This document shows, piece by piece, positions 25,267-34,594 of a stretch of DNA of 64,000 nucleotides. Source of the DNA: Candidatus Woesearchaeota archaeon (GTDB lineage Archaea; Nanobdellota; Nanobdellia; Woesearchaeales; JAGVYF01); NCBI GenBank assembly GCA_023264635.1, contig JAHFLT010000002.1, positions 19,139 to 83,138 of the forward strand, in the 5' to 3' direction. The position numbers and the translations under genes are program-made. Each line of letters begins with the position of its first letter. The stretch's first letter is position 1. The notes below the pieces were generated by a model. It had not been told where the DNA came from and did no database searches. It saw only the letters and a program-made list of their open reading frames with translations.

Positions 25267-26448
25267 TTAGAGTCTTAATTCTTTCCGTAAGACTTCTGCT
25301 TTGTCCCTATTTTCCCATGTGAGATTGGGCTGTTCCCTGCCAAAGTGCCCATAGTTAGTTGTTTCTCTGTAAATAGGTCGCAGTAAATCAAGCATCTCGA
25401 TAATCCCCCGTGGCCGCAAATCAAAATGTTTGATGATAAGCTTCTCGATCTTCCGTTCATCAACCTTGTTGGTTCCAAAAGTATCAACATAAACAGAAAC
25501 GGGTTCAGCAATTCCAATGGCATATGCAATCTGCACTTCGCATACGTCTGCCAGTCCGGCAGCAACAACATTCTTTGCAACGTAGCGTGCTGCATATGCT
25601 CCGCTCCTGTCTACTTTGCTGGGATCTTTTCCAGAAAATGCGCCACCGCCATGCCGTGCCCAGCCGCCGTAGCTGTCAACGATAATCTTTCTCCCCGTAA
25701 CCCCGGAATCCCCTAGTGGCCCCCCGATTTCAAAACGGCCAGTCGGATTTATGTGAATCTTGGTTTTGTCATCAACATATTCTTTCAACGTAGGGAGGAT
25801 GACATATTCGTAGAGCACAGCACGCAACTCTTCCAGCGAGATCTCATCACTGTGATGTGCAGAAAGTACGACAGCATCAACCCTTTTAGGTGTACCATCT
25901 TCAAATTCAACAGTAACTTGACTTTTACCATCCGGTCGTAAATAAGATCCCCCATAATACTTATTGTCGCTATAATTAGAAAGCGCACATGTTAACGCAT
26001 GTGCTAATTTAATGGGGAGTGGCATGAGTTCTGGGGTGTGATTTATTGCATAGCCGAACATCATCCCCTGATCTCCAGCTCCTTGCTCCTTGTCATCACG
26101 AGCAGATACGCCCATATCAATATCAGGGCTCTGCGGAGTAATAAACGTATTAACATTTACTGTTTTGTAATTAAATCCTTTTTCATCAGCATCATAACCA
26201 ATACTATCGAGTGCGTGCCGCACCACGTGTTCCAGATTTATTTCTGCGCGAGTTGTCAACTCTCCTGCGAGATTGACATAATGATGATACCCAAGTTTAT
26301 CTCGTACACACTTGACTTCCGTTTCCACAGCAACACGGGAATGCTTGTCCTGTTCTAAACATGCATCCAGTATGCTATCAGAAATGTAATCACAAACTTT
26401 GTCCGGATGTCCCCCTGTCACACTCTCAGACGTAAATAACTTTTTCAT
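25267..26448 (-). CDS. metK: S-adenosylmethionine synthetase, bacterial/eukaryotic (MetK) type
   Basis: '[13 protein letters not shown]', '[12 protein letters not shown]', '[27 protein letters not shown]', 'VQIAYAIG'. Confidence 0.9.
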   Translation of the reverse strand: MKKLFTSESVTGGHPDKVCDYISDSILDACLEQDKHSRVAVETEVKCVRDKLGYHHYVNLAGELTTRAEINLEHVVRHALDSIGYDADEKGFNYKTVNVNTFITPQSPDIDMGVSARDDKEQGAGDQGMMFGYAINHTPELMPLPIKLAHALTCALSNYSDNKYYGGSYLRPDGKSQVTVEFEDGTPKRVDAVVLSAHHSDEISLEELRAVLYEYVILPTLKEYVDDKTKIHINPTGRFEIGGPLGDSGVTGRKIIVDSYGGWARHGGGAFSGKDPSKVDRSGAYAARYVAKNVVAAGLADVCEVQIAYAIGIAEPVSVYVDTFGTNKVDERKIEKLIIKHFDLRPRGIIEMLDLLRPIYRETTNYGHFGREQPNLTWENRDKAEVLRKELRL

Positions 26449-26555
26449 ATGAATCCCCCCGTCTAGTAATACATATGCTGCGTGCAGCTGACTTTTAAAC
26501 TTTTGTATACTTCATTAAACAAATTGATAAGAAAAAAAAAGGGGGATAAAGCGCA

Positions 26556-27512
26556 TTAAACAAGTTTTTTAAGTATCTCTTTAATAGGTGCTGCTTTGTT
26601 CATACTGTAAAAGTGCAATGCAGGGACACCATAATACAGGAGTTCCTTGCATTGCGCAACAGCCCATTCTATGCCTATTTGTTTCACTGCTGCATCATCC
26701 TGCGATAATGTCATCTCAACCAATTCTTGAGGGAGCTCAATATGGAACTTCCGTGGAAGAACTGTCAATTGTTTTTTTGAATCCAATGGTTTAATCCCCG
26801 GAACAATTGGAATTTTTATCCCCACCTTCCTTGCCTTCTCAACAAATGCAAAATAGTTCTTGGTGTCAAAAAACATTTGGGTGACAATGTAGTCAGCACC
26901 TTTATCCACTTTGTTTTTCAGCATCTGCATATCGTAGTCTCTGTTCGGTGCTTCATAGTGCTTATCAGGATAACCTGCTACCCCTATACAAAATTTTGTT
27001 GGTGTTGGGTCTTCTATGGGAAAAAGATATTTCCCGTTGTTGAGATTAACTATTTGCTCTACTAACCCAGAAGCATGGTGATGTCCTTCTGGATGGGGAA
27101 CAAACCCTTTTTCTAAGTCTTGCGGATCTCCACGCAGTGCGAGTACCGTGCGAATATTTGCGACATTTAAGTCTATCAGTGCTTCTTCGCACTCCTTTAT
27201 CGAAAAGCCACCACAAATAAGGTGAGGCGTTATCTCAACATCATCTTTTCCATGATAGTATCCCTTCAAATAGGAACAAAGAGGCACTGTTCCTGGATTC
27301 CTCCTGAGGGGATAACCTATCTGCATTCCGTTTTCATTTTTAGATACGATTTTCTCTTGGTGATACGTCACTTCTATGCCAATGGGATGATACTCAAGAA
27401 GCTGGTCGAGCGTCGCACAGACGTCATCTACGGTTTTTCCCAAGGTGGGAGGAAGTATCTCAAGCGACCACTTCAGTTCTCCTGGCTTTGTAGCGAATTT
27501 ATCAGTATACAT
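26556..27512 (-). CDS. metF: 5,10-methylenetetrahydrofolate reductase (MetF). The computed ORF extends to 27620 from a TTG; the internal ATG near 27512 ('MYTDKF') fits the family N-terminus better
   Basis: 'LKWSLEILPPTLGKT', 'EITPHLICGGFSIKECEEALIDLNVANIRTVLALRGDP', 'IGVAGYPDKHYEA', 'GADYIVTQMFFD', 'GVPALHFYSMNKAAPIKEI'. Confidence 0.75.
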   Translation of the reverse strand: MYTDKFATKPGELKWSLEILPPTLGKTVDDVCATLDQLLEYHPIGIEVTYHQEKIVSKNENGMQIGYPLRRNPGTVPLCSYLKGYYHGKDDVEITPHLICGGFSIKECEEALIDLNVANIRTVLALRGDPQDLEKGFVPHPEGHHHASGLVEQIVNLNNGKYLFPIEDPTPTKFCIGVAGYPDKHYEAPNRDYDMQMLKNKVDKGADYIVTQMFFDTKNYFAFVEKARKVGIKIPIVPGIKPLDSKKQLTVLPRKFHIELPQELVEMTLSQDDAAVKQIGIEWAVAQCKELLYYGVPALHFYSMNKAAPIKEILKKLV

Positions 27513-27888
27513 GCAGTGCCTGAGAGTAACATGACCATTAAAAAGATTGCGGAAAAACAGTTCGTATAATAATCGTTTCTGGTGACTGCTACTGGCAGTG
27601 ATTAGTAATGCGTTCTGCAAGAGTTTTGATTGTTGAGGGATAGAATTCCATAATTAATGAATATTCCTTCCTTTGCTTTTTCCTCGATAGCTGAAGCAAA
27701 GCCATAGTTGATAACGAAAACTCGCCTACTCGGAGCTCTCCACGCACAAAGAAATGTGCGGCATTTCTTGTGCAAGAAATTCCTTTGAAACCTCTTTGCA
27801 CTAAAGTCAGAGGTATTAAACCCGGCAATTTTCAATAAGCTAATTTTATTTTCTCGTCTGGTTTTTCCAGCCTAAAATAATGCTCCAC

Positions 27889-28659
27889 TTAATTTTCACC
27901 TTTTGGCGGTTCACCTTTCGTCCCTTTCACAACAATCTTCCGCAATTCTGCAAGATGCCTGTCAATAGCATCAAGATTATCTGACACCGCATGCATCATA
28001 TAATTTGTCCCTTCCGCAACGTAAGGTGGAAGTTTCTTAAAATCTGTGTTTTTGTAAAATGTATCGTGAGATACTTCAGCCCATGCATGCTGCAGTGTTG
28101 TGCGCAACTGTAATTCTCCTTCCAGAGAAAGTCCTATCTCTGGTCTAAGGTAAACAAATGCGAAATCACATGATCTATAGCCCGATTCCGGCACTTTATC
28201 AATCCAATCCCCGTTCTCATCACGCGGGTATCTGCTTTGTAGCGAGAATGGTGGCAACTGAATCTCTGCATCTAAGATACTCCGCAACTCCTTGCACTCA
28301 TCTGCAAACCTGCAGATAATACGATAGCCGACAGTATCATCCAACGGAAGATTTTCCCACGTAATGCTGCCTTCGCATAACTTTCTGTAAATGCTTTCTA
28401 GGGATTTCACACGGCTCACGACTTTAAGGGAATATGCTTTGTCAAGAAGATGGAGTTCTGCACTAATCGGTGACTTTATCACCGCCCTGTTCACTAGTCG
28501 CTGTAAATCCCTCTGGATATCCGTATCGTATTCACGGAGTTTCTGGATTATTTCCTCGTAGCACTCGCTAAGCTGGCCATGTGCTGTATAGTCCTTACGC
28601 AATGTATCATATGAGGGAAATGATTGCAAGATCGCATTAAGGTTTGTTGGTAATTTCAT
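27889..28659 (-). CDS. RelA/SpoT-family nucleotidyltransferase (small alarmone synthetase, SAS-like)
   Basis: Synthetase motifs 'SRVKSLESIYRKL', 'DDTVGYRIICRF', 'GYRSCDFAFV', 'GELQLRTTLQHAWAEVSHDTFYK'. Confidence 0.75.
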   Translation of the reverse strand: MKLPTNLNAILQSFPSYDTLRKDYTAHGQLSECYEEIIQKLREYDTDIQRDLQRLVNRAVIKSPISAELHLLDKAYSLKVVSRVKSLESIYRKLCEGSITWENLPLDDTVGYRIICRFADECKELRSILDAEIQLPPFSLQSRYPRDENGDWIDKVPESGYRSCDFAFVYLRPEIGLSLEGELQLRTTLQHAWAEVSHDTFYKNTDFKKLPPYVAEGTNYMMHAVSDNLDAIDRHLAELRKIVVKGTKGEPPKGEN

Positions 28660-29492
28660 TTTTCCTCTCCCCTATTTCTCCTCTCTATGAAATAGGTAAT
28701 ACATTCTTTTTGTTCGCTCTCTGTGAATTCCCTCCTAAGTGTTGTGGAAGTGAACGTAAGATGCTTGGTTATGGATGCAGCATATGAGGATTGAAGAAAA
28801 ATAGGCTGTGAAAGAAGGCAGTACTCAATCTCGAAGAAGTACGCATAAATCCAGAACCTGCTTTCGTCATGCCGCATCTCATTAAAACGAGTAATGCATG
28901 CTTCAAGATTAGCCAGTAGGTCAGCAGTCTTAGTTATCAGTGCTAGTGGATGTGAACATAAACAAGAGTAGTAATCACGCGTCTTTGTTATTCCAGAGTA
29001 TTGGTTCCTGTCCAAAAGCATGAGGGATAACAATAACTTCTCTGGAGTTTGAAGGAACTTGTACTGCTTTAATAGGGAGAGAATCTCTTCTTTCGTAGCA
29101 CGTTTGTCTTCAAGCAAGTCATGCCACAAAGCAGTGATTATTGCTACAGGATCTTCTGAAAATGTCTGGACATACCGCGCTGTCTTCGCACAATGAAAAG
29201 TATAAGGAAGAACAGTGTCATTTTCCCATTTGTAGAATTGACCACCGTGCCGCGTAAGTGCAAAAAGAAATGCATCAACAAGGATACGCTGAATTTCTGT
29301 GGAATAGCCAGCTATATTAATAATGAATTTTTCGTATTCTTCTACTGCAGTAACATACGCCACCAGCTTAGTTGGTTTTTGTGCGAGAAACAAAGATTGC
29401 CTAAGCAGTGCTTTTCCCTTCGTATCAGCAACCAACGATAACGCGTCTTCAAAAATCGCCGTGTGAACCATACAATAGGAATCCATTAGCAT
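28656..29492 (-). CDS. HD-domain hydrolase of the RelA/SpoT/Mesh1 type (small alarmone hydrolase, SAH-like). Overlaps the downstream SAS gene by 4 nt
   Basis: 'TFHCAKTARYV' (HxxxVA-like), 'AIITALWHDLLEDKRATKEEI' (cf. AALLHDVVEDT..T.EEI), 'ITKTADLLANL' (cf. KLADRLHNM). Confidence 0.55.
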   Translation of the reverse strand: MLMDSYCMVHTAIFEDALSLVADTKGKALLRQSLFLAQKPTKLVAYVTAVEEYEKFIINIAGYSTEIQRILVDAFLFALTRHGGQFYKWENDTVLPYTFHCAKTARYVQTFSEDPVAIITALWHDLLEDKRATKEEILSLLKQYKFLQTPEKLLLSLMLLDRNQYSGITKTRDYYSCLCSHPLALITKTADLLANLEACITRFNEMRHDESRFWIYAYFFEIEYCLLSQPIFLQSSYAASITKHLTFTSTTLRREFTESEQKECITYFIERRNRGEEK

Positions 29493-29602
29493 ATACTTAT
29501 TTTCTTTTGACGTTTTAATTCGTTAAAGAATTATTCCGATAAGAATATTAAAAAATATTATTATGAATATGTTTATATACAAGAGTAAACAATGAGTGAC
29601 GT

Positions 29603-30163
29603 ATGGACATAGAACTTAATGAGATAAAGTACATCAGAAAAAAGTTGGGACTGACACAAAAACAGCTGGCAGACCGAGCTGATGTAAGCCAAAGCTTGAT
29701 TGCTAAGGTAGAGGCTGGAGCGATTGAACCAACATATTCCAAGGCAAAAGGAATCCTGCATGCGTTAGACAAACTGAGCATGACAATGGAACTGACAGCA
29801 CAAGAGTTAATGAAAAAAAAACTTGTAACGGCACAGGAAAATGATGATATTGCAACTATCGCAAAAATGATGAAAAAACATGAAATCTCTCAAGTCCCCG
29901 TAGTTCGTCAAAAGATACCTATTGGTCTGGTAACCGAATCAATCATCTTAGAGAAGATGATGGAAACCAAAGACCCACAAAAGATTGCACTGCTCAAAGC
30001 AAAAGATATCAAGAACGAATGTCCACCAGTTATTTCTCCGGATACAAAACAAAGCACAATAATAGGATTATTAAAATACTTCCAGGTGGTGCTTGTCGCA
30101 GAGCAGGGAGAGATCATTGGGCTCATCACGAAAGCAGATTTGCTTGAATTGATAAAGAAATAG
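29603..30163 (+). CDS. XRE-family HTH regulator fused to tandem CBS domains
   Basis: 'LGLTQKQLADRADVSQSLIAKVEAG' HTH; two CBS-like modules ('ISQVPVV...GLVTESIILEKM', 'VVLVAEQGEIIGLITKADLLELI'). Confidence 0.7.
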   Translation: MDIELNEIKYIRKKLGLTQKQLADRADVSQSLIAKVEAGAIEPTYSKAKGILHALDKLSMTMELTAQELMKKKLVTAQENDDIATIAKMMKKHEISQVPVVRQKIPIGLVTESIILEKMMETKDPQKIALLKAKDIKNECPPVISPDTKQSTIIGLLKYFQVVLVAEQGEIIGLITKADLLELIKK

Positions 30164-30183
30164 AAATTTCTCACTTTTAGTAA

Positions 30184-30651
30184 TTAGGGATATCTTTTCG
30201 CTGACACAAAACGTACCCCGCGGGAAACCTTGAAGTTGGAGTTGAAGTCGATAACATACCTGTTAATGTAGTTGCCGCGACTAACAGGCAACAAACTATT
30301 TTCTGATGGAATCAAAAGCCACGCCTTCTGCCTAACCTCTTCTGGTAGTATTGCATAATGACGAGACCAGAGCTTCTCTACCAAAGCAGGATTTATTTCG
30401 TTCACGTCTTTAATAGAAACCCATCTATTCATTGAACCAATAGAATACACTTCCTCTCCTGCGTGTTTCAGTTTTTCCCCTTGCGCAGTGTATTTGTTTC
30501 CATCCCACACGAGATTCTCAGGGTCAAAATAGCAATGCAGCAGATTTCCTTCCCGCAGCATTGCCATGCTTAGCCATTCGCCATAACTATTCACCCTATC
30601 GTCAGCAGTTGCTTTCTGTTCTGGTTGCAGTCTCCCTCCAGTCTTCTGCAA
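30184..30651 (-). CDS. Hypothetical protein; possibly the 3' part of a frameshifted gene together with ORF 30591-30860
   Basis: 155-aa ORF from a TTG. The upstream 89-aa ORF in another frame overlaps it by 61 nt. The two translations read like one ~230-aa protein. Confidence 0.35.
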   Translation of the reverse strand: MQKTGGRLQPEQKATADDRVNSYGEWLSMAMLREGNLLHCYFDPENLVWDGNKYTAQGEKLKHAGEEVYSIGSMNRWVSIKDVNEINPALVEKLWSRHYAILPEEVRQKAWLLIPSENSLLPVSRGNYINRYVIDFNSNFKVSRGVRFVSAKRYP

Positions 30652-30860
30652 ATAAGGTCAAACACTTCTGCTGGAAGCGGATGGCGCTCGTAGCCGCGCG
30701 CTCGCAATGCTTGTAGGCTGGCGTCGAATGTGTAGAGTTTTTTCTCTTTCCTTTCGTACACCGCTCTCGGCTCGAAAACAATATCTGAAAGTGCTGGCTT
30801 TACAGTAATCTCCTTTTTATTACCGGGTTTGCCGAGACCAAAGTAGCTGTCGAGGGACAT
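30591..30860 (-). CDS. Hypothetical protein; possible 5' part of a frameshifted gene
   Basis: 89-aa ORF starting with ATG and lying in the gap after FtsZ. Confidence 0.3.
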   Translation of the reverse strand: MSLDSYFGLGKPGNKKEITVKPALSDIVFEPRAVYERKEKKLYTFDASLQALRARGYERHPLPAEVFDLICRRLEGDCNQNRKQLLTIG

Positions 30861-30922
30861 CCAAATGAGGAAAAAGGAGTATTATTTAAGATTTTGTTGT
30901 TCAGTTCAAGAAAAAGAAAAAA

Positions 30923-31939
30923 TCAGCGAACGAGCTCAATACCCAGTTCGCTTTCGATAATGTTCTGAGACTTTAGCTTTGTTTCCCTTCCAAGAATCCA
31001 TGGTGAATGAACACCCGTTATAATGGTCATCACTGTTAACTTTCCCATCATGTCGTCTACAACACGTGCTCCCCAGATGACATTTGCATCCTCATCAAGA
31101 GACTGTGTCACACGTTCTCCAACCCGATTGATTTCTTCAAGTGTCATGTCGGGACCGCCGATAACGTGAAGCAATGCTCCTGTTGCTCCTTCATAATTTA
31201 TATCCAACAAGGGATTGCTTAACGCACCGTTCACCGCTTCTTCAACACGGTTCTTGGTGTCTGAACTTCCAACACCAATAGCAGCAACTCCGCCGTTTGA
31301 CATGATCGCCTTCACGTCTGCATAATCCAGATTAACAAGACTGGGTATTGCGATTGTCTCAACAATTCCCTTGATCATTGTGCTGATGAGTTCGTTAGCA
31401 ACAGCAAATGCCTGCTTCACTGGCAGATTTCCAGCAATTGAAACAAGACGATTATTATCTATCACAATCACTGTGTCTGACACATTCCGCAGCTGTTGCA
31501 GCCCAAACTCTGCCTTGTCAACACGCGCGCGCTCAATCTTGAATGGCATCGTCACTGTTCCGATGACAATGGCTCCTGTGTCCTTAGCCACTTGTGCAAT
31601 AACTGGCGCAGCTCCAGTACCAGTGCCACCACCCATTCCTGCACAGACAAAAACCATATCTGAACCAGTCAAAGCTGTCTTTATATCTGACAAGCTTTCC
31701 TTTGCAGACTCTGCACCTTTTTCTGGGAATCCTCCACAACCAAGACCTCGTGTCACGTTCTTTCCCAATAAGAATCTTTTATCAGCATTTGTTATCTGCA
31801 GATGTTGCTGATCTGTATTGCATGCAAGAATCTCTGCACCTTTCACCCCGCGTTCATACAACCAGCTGACCATATTGTTACCAGCTCCTCCAATGCCAAT
31901 AACCTTGATATTTGCTTGTAAGTCTTCCATAGTAACCAC
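30923..31939 (-). CDS. ftsZ: Cell division GTPase FtsZ
   Basis: 'VIGIGGAGNNMV', tubulin signature 'GGGTGTGAAPVIAQ', 'NLDYADVKAIM'. Confidence 0.9.
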   Translation of the reverse strand: MVTMEDLQANIKVIGIGGAGNNMVSWLYERGVKGAEILACNTDQQHLQITNADKRFLLGKNVTRGLGCGGFPEKGAESAKESLSDIKTALTGSDMVFVCAGMGGGTGTGAAPVIAQVAKDTGAIVIGTVTMPFKIERARVDKAEFGLQQLRNVSDTVIVIDNNRLVSIAGNLPVKQAFAVANELISTMIKGIVETIAIPSLVNLDYADVKAIMSNGGVAAIGVGSSDTKNRVEEAVNGALSNPLLDINYEGATGALLHVIGGPDMTLEEINRVGERVTQSLDEDANVIWGARVVDDMMGKLTVMTIITGVHSPWILGRETKLKSQNIIESELGIELVR

Positions 31940-32753
31940 CCCTACTCCAGCTTGACCACGTATTTTTTCCGTCCCTTTTTGATAGATATGTGTCGTGGTT
32001 CTGGGACGTATCTCCTAGTTGTCTCCTGCACTGCAAGGACTATCCAAAACAATAACAATATGTACGCCGCCACCAAAATTGCTAAATACAGCCATACCAT
32101 AGTTACCACCTATGTAAGGGGGACACCATACAAGTCCTCCTCGTTTTGTATCTCCTCAATAATGATTTTTCTGCGTGAAAAATAAGCAAGCAGACTGTTC
32201 CTGCACTGTCCTGAGCACCTCTTTATGCTTCCTGATGAAAGCTGCGCCCCGCACACAATACATGATTTTTGTTCAGACAGTTTGTGGTGAATTATTCTGG
32301 TAATTGGTGTACGGGGCGCATAAAGTCTGCAAGAATAACAAGTCGCGAGAAATGGCCGTTTGTATCCAATTTTTTCACAGCATGGTTTTGGATAAATGCT
32401 TGTGCTCTGCCTAAAGAAATGACAAGAATCCCTTTTTGCCTTCGCCCGTGCATAGTCTATCATTTCAACCACCCCGACCTGGAGAGATAGCTATTTATAT
32501 GCACGAGAACTATAGCACACGTACACATCGCGTGATAGTCCTCGGTTCCCTCCCCGGAGCCGGGGATTATCCTCTTACCCCACCATAAGCGCATATTACC
32601 CATTATACTACCCATGAATGGGGTATACGCCACATATGATATACTGCAATAGATATTTCTTTTAATATATATTGTAGTATTACAAGTATTTAAACATTTT
32701 GTTTTCGTTTCATTTTCTCAGATACATTTATATAGAAAATCAAAATCAGCGTC

Positions 32754-32957
32754 ATGATAATTTTAGAGAAAGCCTACCAACAAAAAATGACACGAACAAT
32801 GTGCATATCATGCAACAAAGAAATAACGAATATTACAGGAAGCGTGAGCTTTCCATGCCCGCAGTGCGCGAAGCATGAGATAATCAGATGCAAACACTGC
32901 AGGGAGATTGTTACAAAGTACACCTGTCCACAATGTGGATTCTGCGGGCCAAATTAG
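32754..32957 (+). CDS. Small Zn-ribbon RNA-binding protein (COG2888 family) that typically precedes aEF-1beta in archaea
   Basis: Four CxxC pairs: 'CISCNKEI...FPCPQCAKHEIIRCKHCREIVTKYTCPQCGFCGP'. Confidence 0.7.
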   Translation: MIILEKAYQQKMTRTMCISCNKEITNITGSVSFPCPQCAKHEIIRCKHCREIVTKYTCPQCGFCGPN

Positions 32958-32958
32958 A

Positions 32959-33237
32959 ATGGCGCGAGTGATTGTTACATTACAGATTATGCCCGAATCT
33001 CCAAATGAAAATTTGAAAAATATTGAGCAGCATACGCTGGCCTCTATCCAGCGATTTGCCGGAGAGGGAGAAACAAAAGTAACGATAGAACCTATTGCGT
33101 TTGGCCTTTCTGCAGTAAAGATTGTATTCGTTATGGACGAGAAAATTGGCTCGACAGAACCACTTGAAAAGGACATTGCGAAGATTCGTGGTGTCTCATC
33201 TGTAGAGGTTACCGACATCAGGCGTGCTGTCGGATAA
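32959..33237 (+). CDS. Translation elongation factor aEF-1beta
   Basis: 'MARVIVTLQIMPESP...IEPIAFGLSAVKIVFVMDE...IRGVSSVEVTDI' closely parallels the archaeal EF-1beta consensus. The computed ORF (32908) starts upstream of this, but the family N-terminus fits the Met at 32959. Confidence 0.8.
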   Translation: MARVIVTLQIMPESPNENLKNIEQHTLASIQRFAGEGETKVTIEPIAFGLSAVKIVFVMDEKIGSTEPLEKDIAKIRGVSSVEVTDIRRAVG

Positions 33238-34336
33238 AAAGTTTTTCTATCTCGCTCACTGGAGCAGTCGTTCGCACTCCATAAGGAGAGAGATGTGTAC
33301 GTGCAGCGTGAAACCCTTTTTCTTTGAGAAGCTGCACAGAATCAGTAATGCGCGGTATGAAACTACTATGCCTGCTTTCAGCATATGCATGCATATCAAA
33401 AAATCCGACAATGCTTATTCCCGCTTCATCCATTATTGTACCAAGCAGATGTTTTCGCTCTTTCCACACATTGTTTTTAGCCATTTGCTCAGCAATCTCT
33501 TTGTTCCAGAGATGACCCAGCCACAGGGGACCAGCTTGCATCAGCAGCGTGCATGAACATGAGGGTTCTAGAGAAGCCATACAACACGATCTGCAATAAA
33601 TAATGTGACCATGTTGTCTTACTATGGCCTCTGTTCCTGATTTGCTATCAAGCAATTGTACAAAAACACGATAATAATGCTGAGCTGAATACGAGAAAAC
33701 AGGTATAGCTGCTTTGTCGTATTGCGCTGCGATGAGTTGTATCTTACGCAATAATATCCTCAGCCCAACTTCATGCATAATATGCGCACGCAAAGGTGTA
33801 GCCCAGTATTTGCGCAGAGTTGCCTTAGGGTACGTTCCAGCCAATGCAGCCGTATCTGTAGCTGTAACTCCAAGAATTCCCGCATGCTTACACTTTTTGA
33901 TTGCCGCATCAAGAAAGGAATTTGGTGTCCCAAACGGGTCTATGTCTATGTAATCCCAAGCATGCCCCGACAGTAAAAACAATGAAGCTTCAACCGTCGT
34001 GAGCAAGTAATTGTTTTGAGGTATGGTGTTGGCATCCAGATTTTTTTTAATCAGCTTTGTCGCGTTTGGGTTTCCATCATTGATTGCAATAAATTTCAAT
34101 AAAGGAACTTCCTTGAGTAAACGCACTTCGCGCACACCAGTACCAGCCATTATCGATGCTGCTGAAAACTGCCGCACAAAAAAGGCGTTGAGAAACAGAA
34201 TGGTAATGTCCCTGTTCTCCTTCATCGCTGGATTATAGAATACCTCCATCTTTGCGCTGATCTTTTTAGCGAGAGGAACTGTGCATCGTGCATCTCCTTC
34301 CTGGATTTGTTGCATCATGTGATGGTCGCTTGCCAC
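33218..34336 (-). CDS. trm1: tRNA (guanine26-N2)-dimethyltransferase Trm1
   Basis: 'FYNPAMKENRDITIL', 'VLDAAIKKCKHAGILGVTATD', Cys cluster 'CRSCCMASLEPSCSC'. Confidence 0.85.
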   Translation of the reverse strand: MASDHHMMQQIQEGDARCTVPLAKKISAKMEVFYNPAMKENRDITILFLNAFFVRQFSAASIMAGTGVREVRLLKEVPLLKFIAINDGNPNATKLIKKNLDANTIPQNNYLLTTVEASLFLLSGHAWDYIDIDPFGTPNSFLDAAIKKCKHAGILGVTATDTAALAGTYPKATLRKYWATPLRAHIMHEVGLRILLRKIQLIAAQYDKAAIPVFSYSAQHYYRVFVQLLDSKSGTEAIVRQHGHIIYCRSCCMASLEPSCSCTLLMQAGPLWLGHLWNKEIAEQMAKNNVWKERKHLLGTIMDEAGISIVGFFDMHAYAESRHSSFIPRITDSVQLLKEKGFHAARTHLSPYGVRTTAPVSEIEKLFIRQHA

Positions 34337-34594
34337 AATATATACCTAATTGTTTTTAACTTGTGAGTAGTAAATATATGGGAAGATTTATATATAAGTG
34401 TTTTACTACCAAGAGGTAGCTATCATACAAATGGAAGGAAGGCCAGGAGAGTTCACTTTTCTTTCAATCCCCTCACACCATTCTCTTGCGCCTTCTTTAC
34501 TTCCATTTATTTTGTAAGCGCACAACAAGAGAACACTTATATAACGTATAACAATGGGAAATAGATTTGAAAAAGAACTTTCGGAGTTTGACCA

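Noticed and set aside
27589-27835. Two overlapping ~78-aa minus-strand ORFs between SAS and metF
   Set aside because: No motifs, overlapping frames, located in a leader/terminator region; more likely non-coding.
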